This document shows, piece by piece, positions 1 through 11,121 of a stretch of 64,000 nucleotides of DNA. The notes beneath the pieces were generated by a model. It was not told where the DNA came from, did no database searches, and saw nothing but the letters and a program-made list of their open reading frames with translations. Both the position numbers and the translations under genes were made by a program. Position 1 is the stretch's first letter. Every line of letters starts with the position of its first letter. The stretch lies in NCBI GenBank assembly GCA_964234715.1, contig OZ174282.1; one strand, written 5' to 3'. Origin of the DNA: Podarcis melisellensis (lineage: Eukaryota).

Positions 1-170
1 ACAGGTATGAATATAATATAAAGAACCAGCCCTAGGAGTGCCGTGGGACCAAGGATGATGCAGGAATAGATTGTGCCGATGGTCATCAGCAGAGGTACAG
101 CAAGCGGCAGGGGACAAACTAAAGCAGCGTCAAATATTCGATAGCCGTCATTGCTTAGCAAATTGATCAT
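1..170 (-). CDS. ABCC12: ABCC12-like coding exon 6 (continues past left edge)
   Basis: Acceptor tttcag at 176-171; translates MINLLSNDGYRIFDAALVCPLPLAVPLLMTIGTIYSCIILGPTALLGLVLYIIFIP, matching ABCC12 TMD1 (recalled human VLNILSSDSYSLFEAALFCPLP...ILGPTALIG). Confidence 0.9.
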   Translation of the reverse strand, partial: MINLLSNDGYRIFDAALVCPLPLAVPLLMTIGTIYSCIILGPTALLGLVLYIIFIP

Positions 171-1085
171 CTGAAAGATACAAAGGAACCAAGAGTGATG
201 CTGTGACCAACTAGTCAGAAGGAAGAATGAGGGAGAAATTCAGTTTGGTTCACATTTAAAGACGAACCTACTAAATTTGTACTTTCTTAAACAATGTGTG
301 AGCCATCCTTGAAGTTCCCACTTTTCCGAATTTCGCAATGCAGTTCTCCTGTACGTGTAATGTGTACCAAAATGCACATACTAGAGTGACATGTGCACAG
401 ACATCTCACATTAATAAAAATATACAAAAAATGCATTATCTTGAGGAAATGGCTTGCAAAAATGTGTGTCATTAGTTTAAACTGCTTACATCTGTTAAGA
501 TAAATTTGCACTAATATGTCAAATTTTCATGAGGGCTTAAAAAAAATTAGAAGAGTGTTGTGGAAATGCAGACTGGAAAAATGAGAAACTCAGAGAATCA
601 AAGTCGACAGGTTTGTCTGTCTCTAGTCAGAGGTGATCTTGTAATCAAAGGTTTTCAATTCATTGTCAATGCATGTATAACACCCGAATCGGCTGATGTG
701 TAACCACCTGGTTTATAATGCCAGCCTCCTGTTCTGGATCTTCCTGAAGGCCTACCTAGTCCAGCAGAACTAAACAGAAGTCTGCAAGTAGCACAGGAGG
801 GCAATGGCCCTCTCCTACTGTTTCCCCTCATCATATAGCTGGCTCTAGACCTGGAGGAAGCACCTGGCCATCATGACTTGCAGTCATTCATAGCCTTATC
901 CAGTGACAGGGGCGCCAACGTGGGCCCCAGGTTGTACTGTATTGGCCCGAATATAAGCTGCATCCCTCATTGTAACCTACCTCGTGGGGTTGTTGTGAGG
1001 ATTTAAAAAATGGAAGATAACCATGTGCACCGCCTTCAGCTCCTTGGAGGAAAGGTGAGCGACAGATAAAATAAAGCCAACTTAC

Positions 1086-1319
1086 TTCGCTGACAGAGAT
1101 GCATGCCAAAGTCTTAAATGACAGCAGCTTCTCAAATGTCAGGGTCGACACGGCAACTTTTAATCGGATAGCGGTGCGGTAGTTGATGGCCCAGGCCATT
1201 GACCAGAAGAAGACTTTGGAAAACTCTGTGATGAAAAGGGCTATGCAGAGGCCAATCCTATGGATGACGTCCCAGGAGTCGTCTTCACTGTGCGCCAGGA
1301 TGTTGTGGATGATCACTGT
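1086..1319 (-). CDS. ABCC12: ABCC12-like coding exon 5 (234 bp)
   Basis: ttttgcag acceptor, gtaagt donor; TVIIHNIL...IGLCIALFITEFSKVFFWSMAWAINYRTAIRLKVAVSTLTFEKLLSFKTL..ISVSE, close to ABCC12. Confidence 0.93.
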
Positions 1320-1521
1320 CTGCAAAAGAGTTTCTCGGTTGCTTTTCAGGGTGGGGAGATAATCTGCCAAATGGAAGGTATGCTGGCCGAGGATGATGGG
1401 AGCAGCAGTTCAAACACATCTGGAGAGAGCCAGATTGGCGAATGCCACCTGACAACCCCCCCCCCACCTTCGAAACACACATTTCAAGCGTGTTTATAAA
1501 TTGTATTTCCATGCTACTCAC

Positions 1522-1669
1522 CGGGCCCAAAGCACCAATAATAACTGAAATGATGTTAGCCGATATGTCTACCAGAATCCGGGTCCTTTGAAATTTAAAC
1601 ACCACCCTGCGTAAGGAAGCTTTATTGGGACCGACTTTGGCCAGCTCTTCTTCCCAAAGGTGTTGCAAT
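1522..1669 (-). CDS. ABCC12: ABCC12-like coding exon 4 (148 bp)
   Basis: tttgacag acceptor, gtgagt donor; (R)LQHLWEEELAKVGPNKASLRRVVFKFQRTRILVDISANIISVIIGALGP; phases fit neighbours. Confidence 0.93.
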
Positions 1670-2259
1670 CTGTCAAAGGCAAACAACAGCACTGCACATT
1701 TCCTCCACTCGCAAGCTGGTTGGAAGAGACCCACTTCTTATGGTTAGCTACAAAGTCAGTGCTGAACAGATGACCTCTGCAATTCTATGGGAGTAATTCC
1801 TTGCAACGAGCCACTTCTAGGCTTCAGTTGGCAACCAACACCACTGGGCCAGATCCAGACACCCTATCCTGGGTGCCTGGCTTCCAGGCTGGCTCTCAGA
1901 CCTCACCCTGGTCACCTTTGGGCAGTGGCGTAGCAAGGTCAGGTGATACCCGGTGCATAATTTTTTTTGTCACCCCCCCCATTGAAATTCCCCCTCCCTC
2001 CCTCCACCCCTCATCAAAGAAAGCTTTCTCCCCCTTCCTCCCTTGGGTGGTGTCACCAGTTACCTTAATTTAGATAAACATCTCTCTAACAGCCATAGAT
2101 AGACCTTAATGAAATTTATCTTAATCCTTATTGAAAGCTCTAACTGTGCTAGTTATCATCATTACATACTGTGGCCAAATAGTTCCACAAGTTAAAATGA
2201 TTTATAGATGTTACTTTACAACAAGTAAACTAGCAAAGATGTATAGTCAGACTCAGGTA

Positions 2260-2920
2260 CATGTTGGAAATGGGAAAAAAACAAAAGGTACATTTTATCA
2301 TATGCAGTGGACTTGTAGAATAGGTAATGGATTTGGGGAGATGATACATAATGAGATGAAAAAATATATATTTAAGAGGACTCCCTCCCCCCCCAAAAAA
2401 AACCCCAACCCAGAAGCTTTTGTCCGAGGGATAATTGGACCAGATGTACCAAAGAATCAAAGGAATTTGTTTCTGTATGTGCCTACTGCAGTGAGAGTAC
2501 TATATGCCCCCAAATGGTGGGTGGATGCAGTACCTATAAAAGAGGGGTGGCGGTTGAAATTTATGGAATATGCTGAATTAGTTAACTTAACTAGTAAAAT
2601 CAGAGAACAAGATGAGACAGCCTTCAAGGAGAATTGGGAAATGTCTGTAGGTTATTAAAAATATTATTGTAAAGATAGCGAAAATGATTAGTGGTGGGGA
2701 AATGTTAAAACTCTAGTAGGTTTGGTGTAATCTCAGCAGTAAAAGTTATTCTGAGAATAAATTGGAGGAACAAAAGTATAGATTAATTATAATATGCAGC
2801 AGCAATAGATAATTTTGAGGAAACCATGAAAGGGAAGTCAATTACTAAGGGAACGTATATTGGAAAATGTTTGGCTACAGTAATTGTATTTTATTTTTGG
2901 AAAATTTGATTTTAAAAAAG
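2260..2920 (+). mobile_element. L1/Tx1-like LINE ORF2 C-terminus and 3' UTR remnant
   Basis: GTFYHM.WTC...PEAF..GII...W..KFMEYAEL..LT motif typical of the L1 ORF2 C-terminal region. Confidence 0.65.
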
Positions 2921-4912
2921 GTCCACAAGTTAGTTACTCTGAGCATGTTAAAAGTGCTGCTGCTAGCTAAAAACAAATTCCACACATTTAATGGGCTTCC
3001 AGGTATGCGGGCACACACTTCAAAGCGAAATGCCGCTTACCACTGACCTTCATCTCTCCAGAGTCACATTTACACTAAAAGCTCCTCAGGAGCGGAGACT
3101 TTTACCTTGCTGGTGTTTTTTTCTGTGTGCATTTGGGGCCGCAATGTCACACCAACAACAATAAAACTTTTTCTGACTCTCTCTGTGTGTTTGGGGTTGC
3201 TGCTGTGTGTGTGTGTGTTTAGCGGTTGTGTGTGTGTGTTTTTAGCGGTTGAGGCAAGAGCTGCGCTGAGGGAGAGGCCACCCTGCAGAAGTGCCAAGGA
3301 CACCTGACTGCATTCTTCGCCTCTTCTTCTGTTTTCTTAACCAGCAGGAAGGACGGTGGAGCCGGCTTCTGTATTGCTGGGGTGAGGGAGGGAGCGAGGA
3401 ACGGATAGAGGGGCTTCGCCGGGCTGCCTTTCCCTCAGAGAGGCGCCCCTTCCCTCTCACGCTTCTGAGGGGTGCAGCATGAGAAGCCGGTCTATGGCCA
3501 AAGGTAACGGTTCCGTGCCAGGCGGGGACTCGGAGGAAGGCGAGCGCCACAGTGGCATGTGCCGTCCACCCGGGGGCAGGACGATCAGTCCATGGGCCGA
3601 TAACAGTGCTGTGGTGCGATCCTCCCGGCAGCGGGGGGGGGGGTGATCATGGCATGGGAGCGTGATCCTCCCAGTGGGGAGCCAATTGTGGCGGCACGAT
3701 CCTCCCGGCAGAGGGCCTATCACGGTGCGACGGCGCCATCCACGCAGGGGGGATTTTGTCAACCCCCTCTGGGATGACACCCAGGGCGCGCCACCCCCAC
3801 CACATCCCGCTTCCTACGCCCCTGTCTCTGGAGTCATAGGAGCAAAGGGGACAGTGAGCCAGGGAGGAAGTTCAGGCTTGAGTGATGCTACTTGGGAGGA
3901 GGAGGGAGGCATATGTAGGCACCTGCCTCGATCAGGGCCTCGCTGGTAGTTCAGACGGGATGGCACCTCCAGCTCAAATATAAGCTCTCATTTTGACCTG
4001 TATCAACGCTGAAGCAAATGCTCCACTAAGAATTCTAATAACCAGTGTCAAGACAAAAGATGCCACGCTGATGGCCAACGTGGATGGCGTTAAAAGGGAG
4101 GACAGAGCTATCCATTCTAGGGTATGTATTCATTCATTAATATTGGATTTATATACCACCCATCTTCAAAAGATCTCACAGTGGTTCACAAGATAAATAG
4201 GGATGGAAGAACACAAGGCTATGACTACCTTCCTTGTTGGCACATGATGCTCTTCCTTCCAATGATATGTGAAGCAGCAGGAAGACCGTACCTCTGAGCA
4301 GATGCAGGGGCCTTTCAGCTTGGCTACTAGCTTAAGAGGTCTTCCCTTCAGAGGCGGAATTCCCTCTGAATGCCACTTGGCTGGGAATCGCAAGCCGGAA
4401 GAGCGCCATGGTGCTCAGGTTCCTACTTCCAAGCTTCCCACAGGCACCTGGCTGGACACTGTAAGAACAGGATGCTGGAGCAGCTGGGTCTTTATGGCCT
4501 GATGCAGCAGCTGGACCCTTCTGGTATTCCTGTGTTAAGCCTTCCTGAACTAAAGAATGAGGAACAGGCCTCACTGGGGTGCCTGTGTTTGGGTGCTCAC
4601 GGATGCCAGGTCATGGCGCCAGCCCTGCTTGTAAGGTGACTGCACACAAAAATTGCAGGGAGACTGGATGAAACCAGGATCATAACATTGCATGCATGCA
4701 CGCACAACAAAAAATTGGGGAGGGGGGAGGGAAGGACAATGGCCTCCCATCCTGTTTCCCTGAACTTTACATGAGCAGAGCAGCAAGAAGCTGCAAATAG
4801 TGTTATTTCCTAGCTAAGAACTGCCTATTACATTCAAGTTCTCAAGAGCAGAGATGGGCGTGAGGACATGTAAGTGATCGTTCCCAGGATGCAGAAAAAG
4901 CTCTTACATATG

Positions 4913-5172
4913 CAGTGGGACCTCTGGTTGTGAACGGGATCCGTTCCAGAGGCCCGTTTGCAACATGAAAAGAGCGCAACCCGCAGCAGCACGCCTGTGC
5001 ACATGTGGGTTGCGATCCGGCGCTTCTGCACATGCGTGTGGCGTCATTTTGCGCTTCTGTGCATGCGCAAGCAGCGAAACCCGGAAGTAACCCTTTCCAG
5101 TACTTCTGGGTCGCCGTGGGATGTAACCTGAAAGAACATAACATGAAGCAAACATAATGTGAGGTATGACTG
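4913..5172. mobile_element. Tigger-like MITE, third family (diverged)
   Basis: CAGTGGGACCTC...GAGGTATGACTG(TA) imperfect TIRs. Confidence 0.7.
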
Positions 5173-5197
5173 TACTGGTGTGTCAAAATCCTGCTAC

Positions 5198-5353
5198 CTT
5201 TTGGTGTTTCGTTCTGAGCTGTCAAGGGGGGAGAGAGGAGGCAAGGAGTCCATGCTGAGTTTGTGCTTGAATCCTCGGAGCATGACGTACGAGAGCCAAG
5301 AAAATGTCGCAAATGAGAGCAGCCCCGCGTTGTCTATTGGATTCACAGCTGAC
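5198..5353 (-). CDS. ABCC12: ABCC12-like coding exon 3 (156 bp), lasso/L0 motif
   Basis: cag acceptor, gtagca donor; SAVNPIDNAGLLSFATFSWLSYVMLRGFKHKLSMDSLPPLSPLDSSERNTKR contains the ABCC NP.D.AG..S..TFSWL motif. Confidence 0.93.
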
Positions 5354-5682
5354 CTGCCCGGGAGAGGGGAGAGAGTAAAATAAAACAAAAAACTATTGCA
5401 TTGCTAGCAAGCTGCCTTCTGCTGCATCAGGCAGTTTGTCCATCCAAACTCAAAAACTCTCATGGGTTTGCTCCTAACGTCTAACTGAGTGGTTCGCAAA
5501 TAGTCTAGGGTCACAGCCCCTTGGTTCCATAAACATATCCCCAGTACCCTATACCCTATGAAAAGCATCATTCAGAACAGTAACAATTAATTGCACATTT
5601 ATTCAAAATCCATTTAAAACTATTCAGTTTAATTAATTTGACAAAGCTGGTGAAGTTGATCTAGTGATACCAGAAGCTGCAT

Positions 5683-5692
5683 GATATATATA

Positions 5693-5746
<54 letters not shown>
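5683..5746. repeat. (TA)n microsatellite
   Basis: Directly visible. Confidence 0.95.
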
Positions 5747-5749
<3 letters not shown>

Positions 5750-6314
5750 AAACACATTCTTAACTAATGAAAACATAAAGGTAAAGGAAATTTGAAGCAC
5801 AAACTATTTATATATAGCTACTTACCAAATATGTACAAACCTTCACCTGACACAGATGTGCCGTAACTAATTCATAAGGAAGTCAATAGCTATTACCAAT
5901 AATTGGTTAAATACAAATAAATGTGGCCAAAAGGAAGTAGCTCTGAAAGCGATAAGATTAGTTAAAGTTTCTGCTTTTTAATGCGGGAAGTCACACCCCA
6001 ATTGAAGGTCCCCAAAAGAATTGGGTGTAATAGTCTGCACTTCTTATTTGCTATCCTTTCATTGCTTACGTAGATCATTCCACTATTCATATGTATGTAC
6101 ACTCTTTCTCCCCTATATTTCTATTTGCAAATACGCTTGTTAGCACAGACCCAGATCATGAAAAACCAAGGGTGGAGAAGGCGTGGCCCTCCAGATGTGG
6201 CGGACTACAATTCCCATCATCCTTGACCATTGGCTGAGGCTGATGAGAGTTGGAGCACAAGAAACATATTGAGGGTCACCATCTCTGCTGCAAATGGCTT
6301 TTTTATGCATAAAC

Positions 6315-6660
6315 TAAAGGTTAATGGACCCCTGACCATTAGGTCCAGTCGTGACCGACTCTGGGGTTGCTCATCTCGCTTTACTGGCCGAGGGAGCTGG
6401 CATACAGTTTCCAGGTCATGTGGCCAGCATGACTAAGCTGCCTCTGGCGAACCAGAGCAGCACACAAACGCTGTTAACCTTCCCGCTGGAGTGGTACCTA
6501 TTTATCTACTTGCACTTTGACGTGCTTTCGAACTGCTAGGTGGGCAGGAGCTGGGACTGAACAACAGGAGCTCACCCCCTCGCAGGGATTCGAACCGCCA
6601 ACCTTCTGATCAGCAAGCCCTAGGCTCTGTGGTTTAACCCACAGTGCCACCTGCATCCCC
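6315..6660 (-). mobile_element. Sauria (POM-type) SINE, full length
   Basis: tRNA-like head with GGTTCGAATCC B-box, GTGCAAGTAGATAAATAGGTACC core; TSD TTTTTTATGCATA. Confidence 0.9.
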
Positions 6661-7061
6661 CTTTTTTTATGCATACCCGTGTGTTATTTATAATTCATTT
6701 ATTTCTTGACTTTTGCAGAACTCGGAATGGTATATCTAGAGCGCCAAGCACTGACCAGATCTGGACCTGCTAGCTTTAGGAAGTTTCTGGTTTTATCATA
6801 GAAAGGAGGGGTATAAACGTCAATGGAATAAAATAGGACTTCTTTTGTTCAATATCATGGTAACATTGCATTAAACAGAGAGAGTCATAAACAGAATCCT
6901 TTCAGAAGGTCTGCCTCTCATCAATCAGTGTTAAGGAGACGCCTTAACATTTCAACGGATGGAGTATTTTTATAGCCCAGCAATTCACAAAAGAAATTCA
7001 CCTTTCTAAATAAATAAATAAATAAGGTGCACAGTTTTATGCCGACCCACAAGTTTGAGAT

Positions 7062-7092
<31 letters not shown>

Positions 7093-7179
7093 TTTTTGCT
7101 GTCCTTTTTCCAGGAAAGAACGAGAGGGTGCAAATGCTATTCAAAGCAATCTCTGTTAAGCTGTTTGCATTCCAGTTAT

Positions 7180-7362
7180 GGGAAGGGATGTAGCTCAGTG
7201 GTAGTGCATCTGCCTCGCATGCAGAAGACCCACCCCCCCGCCCCAGTTCAATCCCCAGCATCTCCAGGTAAGGCCTGAAATCCTGGAGAGCTGCTGCCAG
7301 TCTGTGTTGACTGTACTGAGCTTGATGGACTCAATGGTCTGACTCGTTAGGCAGCTTCCTAA
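7180..7362 (+). mobile_element. tRNA-derived squamate SINE (Squam3-like)
   Basis: TAGCTCAGTGGTAG A-box, GTTCAATCCC B-box, CTGGAGAGCTGCTGCCAGTC body, GGCAGCTTCCTA tail. Confidence 0.75.
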
Positions 7363-7377
7363 TGCCACACAACTTGC

Positions 7378-7544
7378 CTTGCTTTCAGGCGGATGGGGAT
7401 CATGGTTTCCAAACTTGGAGAATATTTCTGGTGGAAGGACTTTTTGGCAGTGACTGTGTTGAACCCGGGACTCAAGCAAGACTCCGACACGTACACCTTG
7501 CCCGCTTGCAGATCCCATGGCTCATCACTTACGTACAGATTTCT
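7378..7544 (-). CDS. ABCC12: ABCC12-like coding exon 2 (167 bp), GC donor
   Basis: ttcaaag acceptor; RNLYVSDEPWDLQAGKVYVSESCLSPGFNTVTAKKSFHQKYSPSLETMIPIRLKA(R) resembles ABCC12 RRSFAERYDPSLKTMIPVRPCAR; donor AG|gcaagt in phase with next exon. Confidence 0.82.
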
Positions 7545-7684
7545 CTTTGAAGTAAAAAGAGAGGAAGAAAGAGAGAGGCTATTACTTTAATGACGAGAAC
7601 GAAAAAAGTTGTTCAACAGTGGAACAGGCTGCTTCTGAAGTAGTGGACCATCCATCATTAGGAGGTGACTAAGGTCGATGGCCA

Positions 7685-8075
7685 TAAAGAAGGTTGATCG
7701 CTGAAGAATTGATGCTTTTGAATTATGGTGCTGGAGGAGACTCTTGAGAGTCCCATGGACTGCAAGAAGATCAAACCTATCCATTCTGAAGGAAATCAGC
7801 CCTGAGTGCTCACTGGAAGGACAGATCGTGAAGCTGAGGCTCCAATACTTTGGCCACCTCCTGAGAAGAGAAGACTCCCTGGAAAAGACCCTGATGTTGG
7901 GAAAGATTGAGGGCACAAGGAGAAGGAACGAGAGAGGACGAGGTAGTTGGCCAGTGTTCTCAAAGCCACTAACATGAATTTGACCAAACTGCGGGAGGCA
8001 GTGGAAGACAGGAGTGCCTGGCGTGCTCTGGTCCATGGGGTCACGAAGAGTCGGACACAACTAAACAACAACAAC
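7685..8075 (+). mobile_element. BovB (RTE) LINE 3' fragment inserted in a CR1 tail
   Basis: RVPWTARRSNLSILKEISPECSLEG..KLRLQYFGHL.RREDSLEKTLMLGKIEG; (CAA)n tail; TSD AAGGTC(G/A)ATGGCCA. Confidence 0.92.
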
Positions 8076-8689
8076 AAGGTCAATGGCCACCTATCAGGGA
8101 TGGTGTATGTAACACTGGGTTTCCTGTGCCTTCAGGGATCATACCACATGGCCTTCCAACTTTAGCTTTTATTTTTTGAAAACTTAGTTGACTTTCCTAT
8201 CATTGGAGCAAGAGAGTTCTCTGGTCGCCATTGCTGTGGGGCAAGATACTCACAACTATCAATGCCGAGAGCCCATCTGCAAGAAACCATTTTCATTTGG
8301 GTGGCAGAAAGAGTTGGTTAGGTCTTGAGCAAGTAAGGATCCCAAACTGACAGGGCACCATTTATTGGCTCTGTCCGGCTACGATCCTTTCTTCCCAAAG
8401 AGTATGGAAGTCAGATGGGGGATTGCCCAGGCATTGACAGACTAGCTGGGGCCACAAGGCTCTCACTGTTGCTTACCTGGAAAGGGAGTAACAAAGGGAG
8501 TGAGAAAACTGTGGGAGGTCAATATAGCATAAACATAGTGGTGACCAGGAGCACCAGACTGGTTCAGCTCCTGCATTTGCACTGCACCATCCTCTCCATC
8601 GCCTCACCTTGCCCCCTACCAGGAAGAAACAGTTACCCACCTATCCATCCTAACCAGCTTACTGCTTCTGCTCCTTGGGATAGTATAAT

Positions 8690-9160
8690 TAGAATCATAG
8701 CATCATAGAGTTGGAAGGGACCCAAAGCATCATCTAATCCAGGCTTCCTCAATCTCAGCCCTCTAGATGTTTTTCGCCTACAACTCCCATGAACCCTAGC
8801 TAGGACCAGTGGTCAGGGATGATGGGAACTGTAGTCTCAAAACATCTGGAGGGCCAAGGTTGAGGAAGCCTGATCTAATCCAAATCCTGGAAATGCAGGA
8901 ATTGCACTGAAAGAATCCCTGATAGGTGGCCACCCAGTCCCTATTTACAAACTTTCAAGGAGAGAGAGTCCACCACCTTCTGAGGGAATCCATTCCATGG
9001 GTGAACAGCTCTTACCACCAGAAAGTTCTTCTGAATGTTTAGCTGGAATCTCCTTTCTTGCCATTTGAATCTGTTAGCTCGGGTCCCCCCGCAATGGAGC
9101 AGCAGAAAACAAGCTTGCTCCATCTTTCATGTGACAGCCATTTCAGATAGTTGAATCTCA
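8690..9160 (-). mobile_element. CR1 3' end
   Basis: ATAGAGTTGGAAGGGACC tail; MEQACFLL...FKWQERRFQLNIQKNFLVVRAV CR1 ORF2 C-terminus. Confidence 0.8.
8740..8872. mobile_element. Palindromic hAT MITE inside CR1 tail
   Basis: CAGGCTTCCTCAA/TTGAGGAAGCCTG TIR; 8-bp TSD ATCTAATC. Confidence 0.85.
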
Positions 9161-9924
9161 GGCTGAAGGACCAACCATGGCCCCCTGTGTGGTGGCCCCT
9201 CGGATGTCATTCTCACAAAGGGGGTGGAGCTTATGGAACTCGCTCTGACAGCAGGCAGTGACCAATTCATGAAGGAGAGGGCTATCCATGGCTACCAGCC
9301 ATGATGGCTATTGCTCTGCCTCCATGTTGCTCTGCAAATACCTCCCATCCCTGAACTGATTTTTCCTCCTGGTGGGTTCTGAAATAAAAGTGTGTTCATT
9401 CAGGAGAAACTGTATAAAGGTAACTGTACCCCTAACTGTACCCCTTCAGTAATACAATTACTTGGAGGGACTTGAAACAGAAAACTATTGGGCAGGTTAC
9501 TCTCCGCTTAAGCCACCCTCCTGCAAATGCTTCACAAAGCGGGGAACCCCATTTTCCACCCTTGTAATCTCTAGCTTTGCCCTTCGCTATGGTGGGTTCA
9601 GCACTTATCTCCTTTCTTGCTCTGCCATCTTCTCTTCAAGGTGACTTGTCTTGGTGCTCTGACTAATATGGCTTCCCCTCCGTCCCTCTTCTCACTTGCT
9701 TGCCATGTTAGTTCGCTTCCATCTGGAAGGAAGCTTTTGTCTCAGTCATTCTGCTCAGACCAGCTTCTCCCTTTCCAACTGCCCTGCTCAACGGTCACTC
9801 TGAACCTGCGCAGAGCATTCCAACATCCATGCAAAGTTCCTTCCAGTGCTGATTCCTGTTAAAGAAATATCAACCCAAACATTCTGTCTGGGGAGTGGGG
9901 TGGATGAAAAGCCAGAAATGTCTA

Positions 9925-10143
9925 CAGTGGTACCTCGGGTTAAGTACTTAATTCTGGAGGTCCGTACTTAACCTGAAACTGTTCTTAACCTGAAGCACCA
10001 CTTTAGCTAAAGGGGCCTCCTGCTGCCGCCACGCTGCCGGAGCACAATTTCTGTTCTCATCCTGAAGCAAAGTTCTTAACCTGAAGCACTATTTCTGGGT
10101 CGGAGTCTGTAGCCTGAAGCATATGTAACCCGAGGTACCACTG
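9925..10143. mobile_element. Tc1/mariner (Tigger/pogo-like) MITE
   Basis: TIR CAGTGGTACCTCGGGTTA, TA TSD. Confidence 0.9.
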
Positions 10144-10803
10144 TACTGAGATGCTCTGTGTTAGTCTAACATAAGAACCACTGGCTGGATCAGGCCAAGG
10201 GCCCATCTAGTCCAGTTGTCACAGTGGCCAGCAAAGTGCCTGGGGAAACCCACAAGCAAGACCTGGGCCCTCTCCCCTCCTGTGGTTTTCAGCAATGGAT
10301 ATTCAGAAGCATTGTTGCCTCTCACCAGGAAGGCAGAGCATCGTCATCATGGCTAGCAGCCATCTATAACCCTCCCCTCTGTGAATTTGACTAACCCTCT
10401 TTTAGCCTTTTCAACAATGGCAGGTGGGACGCTCTGTCTCATGAGACTAGGGCCCTGCAGGATCTGATTTCTTTCCTGTAAGACAGAGTTGTTCCGCCTG
10501 GCTTTTGGCTTGGAATTAACTTGATCCCCTCCCCCTCTTTCTTTTTTCCTTTTTCCTTCTGTGATGGAACTCCTACTTGGGCACTTCCCTGGCTTTTTTC
10601 TGGCCCATGTAGGACCAGTCTGGATAGTTAGCCTTGGTGAAGACTTGATGTTTTTGAGTTTCTGCTGAAATAAGGCTGCATTTTAATGTTGTATTTTAAT
10701 CTTGTTTTTTAAATTGTATTTCAATCAATTGTTTTATATCTGGTGTTAGCCGCCCTGAGCCCGGTCTTGGCTGGGGAGGGCGGGGTATAAATAAAATGTA
10801 TTA

Positions 10804-11078
10804 CAGTGGTACCTCGGGTTAAGTACTTAATTCGTTCCGGAGGTCCGTTCTTAACCTGAAACTGGAGCACGATTTCTGTTCTCATCCTGAAGCAAAGTTA
10901 TTAACCTGAGGTACTATTTCTGGGTGGAAGACAGAAGTGCCTGGTGTGCTCTGGTCCATGGGGTCACGAAGAGTCGGACACGACTAAATGACTAAACAAC
11001 AACAACTATTTCTGGGTTAGCAGAGTCTGTAACCTGAAGCGTATGCAACCTGAAGCGTATGTAACCCGAGGTACCACT

Positions 11079-11079
<1 letters not shown>
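10804..11079. mobile_element. Same MITE family, interrupted by BovB
   Basis: TIR CAGTGGTACCTCGGGTTA, TA TSD. Confidence 0.9.
10926..11004 (+). mobile_element. BovB extreme 3' end inserted in a MITE
   Basis: GGTCCATGGGGTCACGAAGAGTCGGACACGACT plus CAA tail; TSD ACTATTTCTGGGT. Confidence 0.88.

Positions 11080-11119
<40 letters not shown>
11080..11119. repeat. (TTA)n microsatellite
   Basis: Directly visible; starts at the TA TSD of the MITE. Confidence 0.95.

Positions 11120-11121
<2 letters not shown>

Noticed and set aside
7185-7265. tRNA-like sequences (also near 33415, 40045, 47050, 53040)
   Set aside because: These are SINE heads continuous with SINE bodies; no intact cloverleaf
7195-7518. 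107-aa minus-strand ORF with a strong Kozak ATG (MGSASGQG...) as the ABCC start
   Set aside because: Out of frame with the ABCC-homologous frame and runs into a SINE; a better start exon exists at 13365
8190-8480. Minus-strand MKMVSCRWALGIDSCEY... as an upstream ABCC exon
   Set aside because: The gtgagt donor phase creates a stop on joining the 7544 exon; similarity is marginal
9490-9860. Purine-rich minus-strand segment after a good acceptor (tttctttaacag)
   Set aside because: Frames checked hit stops, no convincing donor, no recognisable homology
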